64,000 bases of DNA from the human T2T-CHM13v2.0 reference genome, Homo sapiens: assembly GCF_009914755.1 (NCBI RefSeq), contig NC_060928.1. One strand, written 5' to 3'. This document shows positions 20,884-32,990 of this stretch, piece after piece. Both the position numbers and the translations under genes were made by a program. Under the pieces are notes generated by a model. The model saw nothing but the letters and a program-made list of their open reading frames with translations, was not told the origin of the DNA and did not search any database. Position 1 is the stretch's first letter; the number at the start of each line of letters is the position of its first letter.

Positions 20884-21688
20884 AATTTTTGTGTTATGGT
20901 AATACAATTATTTGCATAAGTGTAATAGAAATCTGTTTTCATTTGTAATAGGATGCAATTGGAGGACCTGGTTATTTTACCAAGTCTTGGACTGGAATGG
21001 TGTGCTTTCCTTTAAGGAATCAAACTTGACTTACAGAGCCAATAAATCCCCTTGGGGAAACTGGCCTTATATCTTTGTCCATTCACCCCAGTACAGGGTT
21101 CCTGACCTGTGGTAAGTAAAGAATGTCACTTTCTGACAGGTCTAGGTCCCCAAGTTTATCTTGGAACCTCGAGAGAATCACCCAACTCACAGGTATTTGA
21201 TGGCACACATCCATGGCTTGGCTCAGCTTTAAAAAAGTGTTACCCAAGATTCCTTCTATGAAACAAAGTCCCAGCAAAGCCAATTTAAAAGCCTATGTAA
21301 AAAATAATTACTCTTGCTGCACTGTATACAAACAATTAGGCCAAGTGGAATAAAGCAAGACAATTCTACCATGATTTGTCTTTAGCAAAAATAGGAAACT
21401 GGAGAGATAAAAATTATGTTTCCAAAATTATAGTACACCTATTGTTAGATTCTCATCTTGCCTAATGTTTTTCAATTTTTACTATTTTCTACAATTTGGG
21501 CTAAATTGTAATTTTTTCTTGGCTACAAGTCTTCAAAATATGTTTTCACTTTTTTTCCTTTTTTCCATTTTTCCTAATTGGGAGTCACTGAAAACTAAGA
21601 AGTGCTTTCTTAAAGCCCTGCAAACTGAAACTAGACAACTTAAACTTCAGAACAAAATAACAGTAACCTATTTACGTACATAAGCCAC

Positions 21689-21986
21689 TTTTTTTTTTTT
21701 TTGAGATAGAGTCTCACTCTGTCCCCCAGGCTGGAGTGCAGTGTCACAATCTCAGCTCACTGCAAGCTGCACCTCCTGGGTTCATGCTATTCTCCTGCCT
21801 CAGCCTCCTGAGTAGCTGGGACTACAGGCACCTGCTACCACGTCCAGCTGATTTTTTGTATTTTTTTTAGTAGAGATGGGGTTTCACCATGTTAGCCAGG
21901 ATGGTCTCAATCTCCTGACCTTGTGATCCACCCACCTCGGCCTCCCAAAGGGCTGGGATTACAGGCGTGAGCCACCATGCCCAGCC
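21689..21986 (-). mobile_element. AluY-like
   Basis: ttagccaggatggtctc diagnostic. TSD ataa(g/a)ccacttt at 21680-21691 and 21987-21998. Confidence 0.93.
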
Positions 21987-23043
21987 ATAAACCACTTTCA
22001 TAACTGCCTTCTGATGCATAGACTTCAGAGTAATGTGGCCTGCATTGATTTTCCAGGATTGGTCTTTTGTGTGCTGTTGTTTTTCTCCTTTTCTCCTAAG
22101 AGGACATTTTCTCTTAAGAGGACATGAGACTCCACAACCCTATAAAAATGAGCATTCTAGACCTACACATCTAGGAATAAACAGTCCTAGCCATGAGTGA
22201 TCAGATGAATCCTGGGACCAGAGACTCATTTTCTTCTAAAATGCTTTCTCCAAAATATTTTAAAAAAGAAAAGGGGGGAAAAGTGAAAGGAAATATCTTG
22301 GACTTCTTCAAGCTGGGAACTGCTCAGGGCAAATCTGCCTCCCATTCTATTCAAATTCAGTGAGCAGAGGCTCACTGAGATAGATGCATATCTGATTGCC
22401 TCCTTTGGAAAGGCTGATCAGAAACTCTAAAGAATGCAACTCTTTGTCTCTCACCTATCTGTGACCTGGAAGCACCCTTCCCACTTCAGGTCTTCCTGAC
22501 TTTGTTTCAAGTTGTCCAATTTTTCCAGACCAAACCAATGTACTTCTTCCATCTATCAATTCATGTCTCATTAAGGGAGGAGACCACCCCTCATATTATC
22601 TTATGCCCAATTTCTGCCTCCAAAGAAAGAAGAAATAAAAACTAAAAGGCAGAAATGAAATCCATAGGCAGACAGCCCAGTGCCATGCCCTGGACCTGGT
22701 AGTTAAAGATTGACCCCTGACCTAATCAGTTATGTTATCTATAGATTACAGACATTGTGTGGAAAAGCACTGTGAAAATCCCTGTCCTGTTCTGTTTTGT
22801 TCTGTTCTAATTACCAGTGCATGCAGCCCCCAGTCACATACTCCCTGCTTGCTCAATCGATCATGACCCTCTCACGCGGACCCCCTTAGAGTTGTAAGCC
22901 CTTCAGAGGGACAGGAATTTCTCACTTGGGGAGCTCAGTTTTTGAGATGTGAATCTTCCTGATGTTCCCGGCTGAAGAAAGCCCTTCCTTCTTTAACTCG
23001 GTGTCTGAGGGGTTTTGTCTGCAGCTCATCCTGCTATATTTCC

Positions 23044-23061
23044 TGATTCCCTGACTGGGAA
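23044..23061 (+). promoter_or_regulatory. Primer-binding site, tRNA-Glu type
   Basis: tgattccctgactgggaa is two changes from TGGTTCCCTGACCGGGAA and lies 5 nt after the 5' LTR. Confidence 0.8.
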
Positions 23062-23587
23062 GCGAGGTGATTAATGGACAGTCGAGGCAGCCCCTTAGGT
23101 GGCTTAGGCCTGCCCTGTGGAGCATCCCTGCAGGAGATGCCAGCTAGCTTGAGTGACATGGATCCTGAGAGCACTCCTGGGTAGGCAATTGCCCCAGTGG
23201 AATGCCTCGCCAGAGCAGCGTGTGGCAGGCCCCCACAGAGGATTAACACAGTGGTTGAACACCGGGAAGGAACTGGCACTTGGAGTCCGGACATCTGAAA
23301 CTTGGTAAGATTAGTCTTTGGAACTTGCCCACTCCATTTGAGTGGAAGCGTGGACTGGTCACCCATGGCATGCCTGTACTGGCACTTTGGTTTTTGTTTT
23401 TGATTTGACTTGGATTGCTTGATACTTTGGTTTTGGTCTTGACCTGGCTTGGGTTTCTTGATACTCTGATTTTGGTTTTGATTCTGGTTTGGTGTTAACT
23501 GTAAAAGTGTGTGTGTGCCCTTTTCACCTGTTCTTTGTTTTGTGGTGTGCATGTGGTGTGAGCTTGGTGTTTTGTCTCGAGGAAGCA

Positions 23588-23922
23588 TGGGTCAGGCACA
23601 AAGTAAGCCCACCCCACTAGGAGCTATGTGGAAAAATTTCAAGAATGGATTTAAGGGAGATTACAGTGTTACTATGACAGCAGGAAAACTTAGAACTTTG
23701 TGTGAAGTAGACTGGCCAGCATTAGAGATGGGTTGGCCATCAGAAGGAAGCCTGGACAGGTCCCTTGTTTCAGAGGTATGGCACAAGGTAACCTGTAAGC
23801 CAGGGCACCCAGACCAGTTCCCCTACATAGACGCTTGGTTACAGCTGGTTTTAGACGCCCCCCTACAGTGGTTGAGAGAACAGCAGCATAAGTGGCTGAC
23901 AGAGGCAAGGAAAGACCAATAG
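23588..23922 (+). pseudogene. Truncated gag matrix fragment (HERV-E-like)
   Basis: MGQAQSKPTPLG...KLRTLCEVDWPALEMGWPSEGSLD...GHPDQFPYIDAW: a myristoylation start and gammaretroviral MA motifs. Confidence 0.85.
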
Positions 23923-26339
23923 AGAGAGAGAGAAAAAAGACACAGAGAGGAAAAGAGGTAAAGAGACAGAGTAAGAGACAGAGAGGAAGAGACAGAGAGA
24001 CAAAGAGGGAGTCAAGAAGAGAGAAGGAGAGAGATATACAAGTAGTTTAAAAAAAAAATTGTACCCTATTCCTTTAAAAGCCAGGGTAAATTTAAAACCT
24101 ATAATTGATAATTGAAGTTATTCTCCATAACCCTATAACACTCCAATACCACTTTGTTGTCAGTGTAAACAAGGGCATATCCTGAAAGCACTGAGACCAC
24201 TGATAACCCGTAGCCTTCCTATAAAAAATCCTTAACTCAGTAACCTGCAGTTGGCCCAGATGCATTCAATCTGTAGCGACAACTGCTTTGCTAACACAAG
24301 AAAGTAAAAAAAATAACTTTTAGAGGAAACCTCATTGTGAGCACACCTCACTAGTTCAGAATTATCCTAAAGAAAAAAAAAAAAAAGATGATTTAACATT
24401 AACCACTATTCCCTTAACCCAGCAGGTTTCCTAACAGGGGATGTAAATCTTAATTACCATACAAAGGTCTGACCAGACCTAGGAGGATGTTCCTCCCAGG
24501 TATTTGAAGGAAAAAAAGAAAAAAAACCCATCTATACCAATTCTAAGCTAATTTGGACTAAACAAGGTCTTATTAACAGCAAAGGATAATTGAAATCCCA
24601 AACTTCCAAGGTTTTCAACAAAAGTAAAGTTTGCTAAAACTTAACAGTGTAACATATATTATAGTAACTTCTAATCTTGTGGCCTTGGACAGTCTAGTCC
24701 ACAGACATAAAAGAAGTTCGCTTTGGAAAAGAATGGTTATCATCTTCAAAAAACAGGGAAAAAATGGGGGGCAGAATTTATGTAAAAAGCATGTGATGTG
24801 GTAGATTCTTGTGCTGATATAAATTAACTGGTTGTTTAAAGAAAGAAATGTTTGTAATAAGTCAGAAAGTTGAGGCATGTCAAAGAATTTTCTGCAAAAG
24901 TCATGAAAGAGAAAAAAAAGTTATAAAAAAAGAATTTATGCAAGAAATGTTGTATAGTTTAAAAGTAACTAGGCTTCCTGAATGTAAAACTATTGAAAAA
25001 ATAGTTTATGGGCAAGGTGTATAAGGAAAGTAAAATATACCTTTGGTAAAAGGAGGCATAAGAATGTAAATTTTTACCTACATTAAAAGGTAAAAAAAAT
25101 TATTGTTTTGAAGGTTTAAGCAAGTTTTAAAACATTAATTGTAAAGAAAATTCTGTGTGTAAACATATTAGCTGAAGTTAAAGGGGTATCATCCAGTTTT
25201 TCTGTGAACTGGACATTAAAGTAAAAACACAATGGGTTTTTCTTAAAGCACTAACCTGCTTTTTAACAAAGGTTATAAAAGGTTAAAAAGAGTCTATAAA
25301 AATCTTACCTTATGGTCTGACATTAAAAATTGAATAAATATGTCTACAAAGTTTTATTAAAACTAAGTTTAACATTAATAGCACACTAATATAAAGGTGA
25401 AATTTAGCTTATCTGGTATTCATACAGGAAGCATTGTCAAATACAATATGGTGTTTGGCTTCTTTGGTCTAAAAACTAATAAAAAATAGATGCTAAAGGA
25501 AATTTCTCAGTAGAAAGGCACCAAGGACTACAAAGTCCACTGCTGATGTACCCACATTTAAAACAAAAGGTCAACTTCTTAGAAATTATATATTTGGTTT
25601 ATCTTCCACTTTCCTTTCCCTCAAAACTAAAAGTCTTTTAGCACATGTACCACCTCTAGAATTTCTGGTAAACCAGCACCAGTCTGAAGATCACATTCTC
25701 ATCAAAGGGTGAAAAGAAAGGAAATCTGAACCAGCCTAGGAAGGACCCTACCTGGTGCTGCTAACCACCAAGACTGCTGTTCATACAGCAAAAAAAAAAA
25801 GGATGAACTCATCACCACTGAGTCAAGAAAGCACCAACCCCTCCAGAGTCACGGGCCGTAGTCCCAGGGGAAAACCCTACCAAACTAAAGCTAAGAAAAA
25901 TTTGATTCTTTCATCTATTCTATTACTCTTTCTTCTTTCCTCACTCTATTGCTGACCATCTAGTTATTAATATAACCAAGTCAATTTTGCCTCAAAATAT
26001 TGCATTTAATATTTTATACCCTGTGGGGACTTGCCAAGTCAAAGACAGCTCTCTACTTCAGAAAAGTACCTCTTTCCCTCTTGTCTCTCCTCAGACTGGG
26101 CATTAGTATATTAGAACCATTTAATCCTGGGAAATTTTGATAAAGACTCCAGTGTCAACAAGGAGTCTTGCTCCCCAATGTAGAGCTTTCATGCTGTAGT
26201 TGGTCCAACATTCTGTGGACCACTAAAGAGCAAGGATGGACTGCCCCAGCCAGTTTTTGTAATTTCCTAAAATCATACATTCATTTTACTGGAGGATCAT
26301 AGTAGTTAAAGACTTAAACTTTGGCAGTTAAGACAGGAT

Positions 26340-27075
26340 ACCAAGATACAAATGCCTGGTTGGAATGGATCAAATATTCCATCCACACATTAAACAAAAG
26401 CAATTGTTATGCTTGTGCACATGGCAGGCCAGAGGCCCAGATTGTCCCCTTTCCACTAAGGTGGTCTTCCAGTTGACCAGACATGGGCTACATGGTAGCT
26501 GCTTTCCAGGATTCTACAGCCTGGAGTAATAAGTCATGCCAAGCTCCCTCTGCTATATCCCAAAGTCCGGCACCCTGTGGGTCAGGCCCTGAGGGCCATC
26601 CAGCCTCCGTCTCCCAACACTAAGTTCACTTTGTGTCTCTCATGACAGGGAGAAAACTTAGCATTCCTTGGAGACCTGAAGGGATGCAGTAAGCTTAAGA
26701 ATTTTCAAGAGTTTATCAATCAGTCAGCCCTTGTTCATCCTCTAGTGGATGTGTGGTGGTATTGTGGTGGACCTTTACTGGGCACTCTGCTGAATAACTT
26801 AAGTGGCATTTGTACTTTAGTCCAGTTGGCTATCCCTTTTACCCTGGCATTTCATCAACCAGAGGGAGGAAAAATAAGACATCATAAAGCTAGAGAAGCC
26901 TCTTATGGGTCTTTCAACTCTCACGTCTATTTAGACACAACTGGAGTCCAATGGGGAATACAAGATCAATTTAAAGCTTGAAATCAAATAGCTGCAGGAT
27001 TTGAGTCAATATTTTGGTGAGTGACACTTAATAAAAATATAATTTGGATAAACTACATCTATTACAACCAATAGC
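26340..27075 (+). pseudogene. First env fragment (HERV-I/IP10-like), disrupted
   Basis: CYAC-encoding tgttatgcttgt near 26405. ORF DVWWYCGGPLL...CTLVQLAIPFTLAF, followed by TM-like GFESIF/WINYIYYNQ codons. Confidence 0.65.
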
Positions 27076-27094
27076 AATAAGCTTTTCATGAGTT

Positions 27095-27620
27095 AAAAAC
27101 TCATGGCCCCAGCCCTGGGGCTACCTGACCTGACAAAACCCTTTACACTCTAGGTGTCAGAAAGAGAAAAAATGGCAGTTGGAGTTTTAACCCAGACTGT
27201 GGGGCCCTGGCCAAGGCCAGTGGCCTATCTCTCCAAACAACTAGATGGGGTTTCCAAAGCCTGGCCCCTATGTCTAAGGGCCCTGGCAGCAACAGCCCTG
27301 TTAGCACAAGAAGCAGATAAACTAACCCTTGGGCAAAATCTGAATATAAAGGCCTCCCATGCTATGGTAACTTTGACGAATACCAAAGGACATCATTGGC
27401 TGACAAATGCTAGATTAACCAAGTACCAAAGCTTGCTATGTGAAAATCCACGCATAACCACTGAAGTTTGCAACACCCTAAACCCCACCACCTAGCTCCT
27501 CATATCAGAGAACCCAGTTGAACATAACTGTATAGAGGTATTGGACTCAGTTTATTCTAGTGGGCCCAACCTCCGATACCATCCTTGAACATCAGTAGCC
27601 TGTGAGCTGTATGTGGGCAG
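27095..27620 (+). pseudogene. pol fragment (RT connection/tether region)
   Basis: GVLTQTVGPWPRPVAYLSKQLDGVSKAWPLCLRALAATALL...WLTNARLTKYQSLL. Confidence 0.9.
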
Positions 27621-27703
27621 AAGCATCTTTGCCAACCCCTGCAAAGGGACTCTGAAGAAGATGACTAGCCCTGCTCCAGTCACATCTGGAAGCTGACTGG
27701 TCC

Positions 27704-29777
27704 ATGCATGGCCGAAACATGGGAAAACTCATCGCGAGACTCATTTTCCTTAAAATTTGGACTTGTACAGTAAGGACTTCAACTGACCTTCCTCAGACTG
27801 AGGACTGTTCCCAGTGTATACATCAAGTCACTAAGGTAGGACAAAAAGTTGCTACAGTCCTATTATTTTATGATTATTGTAAGTGTACTGGGAATCTAAA
27901 AAGAACTTGTTTGTATAATGCTATTCTATGCAAGGTATGTAGCCCAGGAAATGACCAACCTGTTGTGTGTTATGACCCATCTGAGCCTCCAATGACCACA
28001 GTTTTTGAAATAAGGTTAAGGACTAAGGACTGGTGGTGGCTCATAAATGATACAAGTAAAGTGTTAGACAAAACAAAAGAAAAACGGGTGCCCAAACAAG
28101 TCACCTTGAAGTGTGATGCCTGTGCTGTCATTAATAGTAATAAGTTAGGAATAGGATGTGGTTCTCTTAATTAGGAAAGAGGCTATATGGCAGAAAATAA
28201 GTACATTTCTCATGAATTAGGACTGTGTGGAAATGAATGTGGATACTGGTCTTGTGTCATTTAGGCTACTTGGAGAAAAAATGAAAAGGATACTGTCCAC
28301 CTTCAGAAAGGGAAAAGTGGCCCTTCCTGTACCATTGGTCAGTGTAACCCCTTAGAACTAGTAATAACCAACCCCCTTGATCCTCGCTGGAAAAAAGGGG
28401 AGAATGTAACCCTAGGAATTGATGGGTCTGGACTGGATCCTTGAGCGAATATCGTGGTTTGAGGAGAAGTTTATAAACGCTCTCCTGAGCCAGTATTTCA
28501 AACCTTCTATGATGAACTGAATGTGCCAGTAACAGAAATTCCAGGAAAAACAAGAAATTTGTTTTTGCAATTAGCCAAGCGTGTAGCCCAGTCTCTCAAT
28601 GTCACTTCATGTTATGTATGTGGAGGAACTGTAATGGGAGATCAATGGCCATGGGAAGCCCGAGAATTAGTACCTACAGACCCATTTCCTGATGAATTCC
28701 CAGTTCAAAAGAATCACCCTGATAACTTCTGGGTCCTAAAAGCCTCAATCATTAGACAATACTGTATAGCAAGAGTGGGGAAGAATTTCACCCTTCCTGT
28801 GGGGAGACTCAGCTGCCTTGGGCAAAAACTGTATAATACTACTACAAAAGCAGCCACCTAGTGGAGTTCATACCACACTAAGAAAAATCCATTTAGTAAA
28901 TTCGTGAAGTTGCAAACCGTGTGGACCCACCCAGAGTCCCACCGGGACTAGACAGCCCCCACTGGATTATACTGGATATGTGGGCATAGAGCTTACACCA
29001 AATAACCCGGCCAGTGGGCAGGTAGTTGTGTTATTGGCACTATTCAACCATCTTTCTTCCTACTGCCCATAAAGACAGGTGAACTCCTGGGCTTCCCTGT
29101 CTATGCTTCCTGCGAAAAGAGAAACATAGCTATAGGCAATTGGAAAGATGATGAATGGCCCCTGAGAGAATCATACAACATTATGGGCCTGGTACTTGGG
29201 CACAGGATGGCTCGTGGGGATACCAGACCCCCATTTACATGCTCAACTGAATCATACAGTTAAAAGTTGTCTTAGAAATAGTCACTAATAAGACCAGCAG
29301 AGCCTTGACTATTCTGGCCCAGCAAGAAACTCAGATGAGAAATGCTATCTATCAAAATAGATTGGCTCTCGACTACTTGCTGGCAGCTGAAGGAGGGGTC
29401 TGTATGAAATTTAACCTTACTGATTGCTGTCTACACATAGTTGATCAAGGGCAAGTAGTTGAAGACATAGTTAGATATATGACAAAACTGGCACTTGTGG
29501 CTGTGCAAGTGTGGCATGGATTTGGTCCTGGGTCCATGTTTGGAAAATGATTTCCAGCACTAGGAGGATTTAAAACTCTTATAATAGGAGTCATAGTAGT
29601 AATAGGAACCTGCTTACTGCTCACTTGTTTGCCACCTCTACTTCTTCAAATGATAAAAAGCTTCATCGCTACCTTGTTCACCATAATGCTTTAGCACAAG
29701 TGTACTATATGAATCACTATCAATCTGTCTTCCAAGAAGACATGGGTAGTGAGAATGAAAGTGAGGACTCCCACTAA
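27704..29777 (+). pseudogene. Second env (HERV-E/ERV3-like), near full span but broken by stops
   Basis: Fragments 27704-28174, 28523-28861 (SCYVCGG, WPWEA) and 29305-29550, the last with the immunosuppressive domain [18 protein letters not shown] and [10 protein letters not shown]. Furin-like EKR near 29115. Confidence 0.9.
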
Positions 29778-30451
29778 TGAATGAAGTTCTCAAAGAGGGG
29801 GAATAAGGGAGGAGACCACCCCTCATGTTGACTTATGCCCAATTTCTGCCTCCAAAGAAAGAAGAAGTAAAAACTAAAAGGCAGAAATGAAATCCACAGG
29901 CAGACAGCCCAGCGCTGCACCATGGGCCTGGCAGTTAAAGATCGACCCCTGACCTAATCAGTTATGTTATCTATAGATTACACACATTGTATGGAAAAGC
30001 ATTGTGAAAATCGCTGTCCTGTTCTGTTCCATTCTAATTACTGGTGCATTCAGCCCCCAGTCACTGCTTGCTCAATTGATCACAATCCTCTAATGTGGAC
30101 TCCCTTAGAGTTGTAAGCCCTTAAGAGGGACAGGAATGGCTCACTCGGGGAGCTTGGTTTTTGAGACATGAGTATTGCCAATGCTCCCGGCTGAATAAAG
30201 CCCTTCCTTCTTTAACTCGGTGTCTGAAGGGTTTTGTCTGTGGCTCATCCTGCTACATCATGTCTCCCTAAAATGTATAAAACTAAGCCGTGCCCCCACT
30301 ACCTCAACCTTGGTAAAATAAACTTTCTAAATTAACTGAGACACATCTCAAATTTGGGGGGTTCACAATATATACCTTTTAGAGTCTTGATTCCAAAGCA
30401 AAACTCAGGGATACACACAGACAGACAGACAAAAACTCAAACACACATATT

Positions 30452-31317
30452 TGTTAATACAAAAATAAAACCGTAAAATATTTAGAGAGATTTACTCTGA
30501 GCCAGTATGAGTGACCATGGCCCAGGAACAGTCTCAAAAGGTCCTGAGAAAGTATGCGTGAGTACAGGCAAAGACATAAATCAATACATGGAAGGTTTAC
30601 ATTGGTTCAACCTTATGAGGTGAATTATCTTGAAGCAGGGAAGTGAGGGTGGTTACAGGTCATAGGTGGATTCAAAGGTTTTTCTGATTGGCAATTGGTT
30701 GTAAAAGTAAAACTTTGTCTGAAGACTTTAAGTCGGCAGGAAGAAATGCTTGAGTTAAGAGGCATTGTGGATGCCAAAGCTCTTATGTAGATGAAGCCTC
30801 ATAGGTAATAGCCGTCAGAGAGAATAGATGATAAATGTCTCTTTTCAAACCTTAAATGTGTCACACCCTCATTTTATCTTTCCTAGATCTGGGAAAAGGC
30901 CAGAAAGGGAGGCCTGGCTGCTTTAATGGAGATTCTCTACAGATGCAAATCTCCCCATGCAAAGATGGCTTTGCAGGGCCATTTCAAAACATGTCCAATA
31001 AATATATTTTGGGGTAAAATATTTTTATTTCTTTCAGAGTTTACTATCTGTCATGTGATGCTATAGCAGAGTCAGGCTGGAATTCAGTATCTTATTGCCA
31101 CAAGGAGTCTTTTTTGTCAGTCTTATAATCTGCATTTTAATGTTAATGCTGGCCAGTTTTGCCTAAACTCCAAAAGGGAGGGAACATAAAAGGTGTATCT
31201 GACCTCCTGTTCCTTTATGACTGGGAATTCAGTTTTTCAGATTTCTCTGGGTTCCCCTTGTCCAAAAGGGGATCCGTTCAGTCAGTTGGGGGCTTAGCAT
31301 TTTATTTGTAGTTTACA
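30452..31317 (-). mobile_element. MER4-family (MER4D/E-like) solo LTR
   Basis: tgttaa...ctgagccagtatgagtgaccatggccc...gttcagtcagttgggggcttagcattttatttgtagtttaca. Confidence 0.7.
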
Positions 31318-31319
31318 TA

Positions 31320-31442
31320 GTTTATATATGAATATTTATATATAATAAATGTTATTTATAATAGATGTTATTTATAATATATAAATATTTTTATATAACA
31401 AATAAAAACATAATATATATTATATATAACATGTATAATATA
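31320..31442. repeat. AT-rich low-complexity tract
   Basis: Almost only A/T, with degenerate (TA)n. Confidence 0.8.
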
Positions 31443-31803
31443 CTTCCACCACTTTGGACTTTTCCTAAAACCTCAAGAGAAAACTTCATTATTTGTTAGA
31501 TCATGGTTTTTCTGAATCACATACATTCTAAACCTGCAATTGAAATCATTACTGGATATTTTCTAATTTAGTTCATTGTTTTGAATCTAACTATCAAGTA
31601 AGAAAATTAATTTTCAAGTATCTTCACAATTTTGTCTGTTGTAAAGGTGTAAGTCATTTATCACAATTTCTCAGTTGTCTGTGCTGGTCTGAAAAAAAAG
31701 GCTAGATTATTGATCCAATCATAATTTAAACCAATATTTCCAAAGCCTTTCTAAGTTGTTGTTTTGGTCAAGTTGTTATTATATAAAATAGCTGGTTTAG
31801 TTT

Positions 31804-32342
31804 TGTTATTGGAAAGGGGTCCCAATCCAGGCCCCAAGAGAGGGTTCTTGGATCTCATGCAAGAAAGAATTCAGGGCAAGTCCTTAAAGTGAAAGTGAGT
31901 TTACTAGGAAAGTAAAGGAATAAAAGAATGGCTCTCCGTAGAACAGCCCCAAGAGCTGCTGGTTGTCCATTTTTATAGTTATTTCTTGATTATATGCTAA
32001 ACAAGGGGTGGATTATTCATGCCTCCCCTTTTTAGACCATATAGGGTAACTTCCTGATGTTGCCATGGCATTTGTAAACTGTCATGGTGCTGGTGGGAGT
32101 GTAGCTGTGAGGATAACGAGAGGTCACTCTCTTCACCATCTTGGTTTTGGTGAGTTGTAGCCGGCTTCTTTACTACAACCTGTTTTATCAGCAAGGTCTT
32201 TATGATCTGTATCTTGTGCCAACCTCTTGTATCATCCTGTGACTAAGAATGCATTAACCTGCTGGAAACCCAGCCCAGTAGGTCTCAGCCTTATTTTACC
32301 CGCCCCTATAAGATGGAGTTACTCTGGTTCCAACTTCTGACA
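31804..32342 (-). mobile_element. MER41A-like solo LTR
   Basis: tgttattggaaaggggtcccaatccaggccccaagagagggttcttggatctc...tctgaca. Perfect TSD GTTT at 31800-31803 and 32343-32346. Confidence 0.88.
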
Positions 32343-32589
32343 GTTTTACTCCCCGCCCCCATCAATCAGCCTTACCTGGATGAACAAGGAAGAATTCAGA
32401 AAAACAAAATAAAGGATTTATGTAGTTCACAAAACAAAATAAAATCTGGCCATTTCCTAAATGTCTTAGAAATAGATAAGGTATACCTGGTTTTCCAGTC
32501 ATACAAATTCTGAGATCATTCCATTTAAGTTCTTCACAGTCAGACGCACCAACTTTCCAACTCTCCAGGAGCTGATTACGAGTTTAAGG

Positions 32590-32990
32590 ATTATGCAGGC
32601 TGGCAAGCTGGTCTGTGGCCAAATCTCCTGGAGAAACACTAGGTAAATAATTTTAGGTTTTTAGCCATATGACTCCTTGTTGAACTAAAGTGTTTAAAAA
32701 ACCTCTAAGAGAATGATGCAGTATACAATAAAGGGATATAGTGTTTCTCAAAACTTATATTTCTACATAATTCAACCACCCTCTTTTTCTGAAAGCCTCA
32801 CTGTACCAGTGTTCCAGAGGAGTGCTGAAGTTGGTTCCTACCAGCTCATGAAGGCCAACTGTGTTGCATCATTTCCCAGCTTCCCAGTGATGCCATGTCA
32901 GTGACTTGAAATTGGCCACAGTGGGAGTATTTAAAGTACGGAAACCAGCGAACTCTAGAAACCAGAAAAACTGGTTATTACATAATTACT
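32590..32990. mobile_element. hAT relics (MER58-like ~32590-32690; MER63-like ~32805-32990)
   Basis: gtaaataattttaggtttttagccata and cttgaaattggccacagtgggagtattta resemble recalled consensus motifs. Confidence 0.5.

Larger units (their letters stand above)
20432..22283 (+). mobile_element. MER4-group ERV1 internal (3') remnant ending in a polypurine tract
   Basis: aaggaatcaaacttgacttacagagccaataaa and similar MER4-int-like motifs. PPT aaaaggggggaaaa lies just before the LTR. Confidence 0.75.
22572..30257 (+). mobile_element. Harlequin-type mosaic provirus with two LTR2-family LTRs (22572-23038 and 29804-30257)
   Basis: Both LTRs start taagggaggagaccacccctcat and end cctgcta(t/c)a. Perfect TSD TCAT at 22568-22571 and 30258-30261. 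PPT aaagagggggaa at 29792-29803. Confidence 0.92.
22284..30367 (+). mobile_element. MER4-family LTR split by the Harlequin provirus (pieces 22284-22571 and 30258-30367)
   Basis: ...tcatgtctcat | gtctccctaaaatgtataaaac... rejoins across the insertion. The LTR ends gggttcaca. Confidence 0.8.

Noticed and set aside
23034-23588. 184-aa minus-strand ORF with QNQNQN repeats
   Set aside because: Antisense reading of the ERV leader with tggttt repeats; no sign of a real protein.
24478-24500. Short hairpin cctaggagga-tgt-tcctcccagg
   Set aside because: Only a 9/10-bp stem inside ERV internal sequence; too short to be meaningful.
27704-29777. Possible domesticated env such as ERV3-1 or a syncytin
   Set aside because: Multiple in-frame stops and frameshifts.
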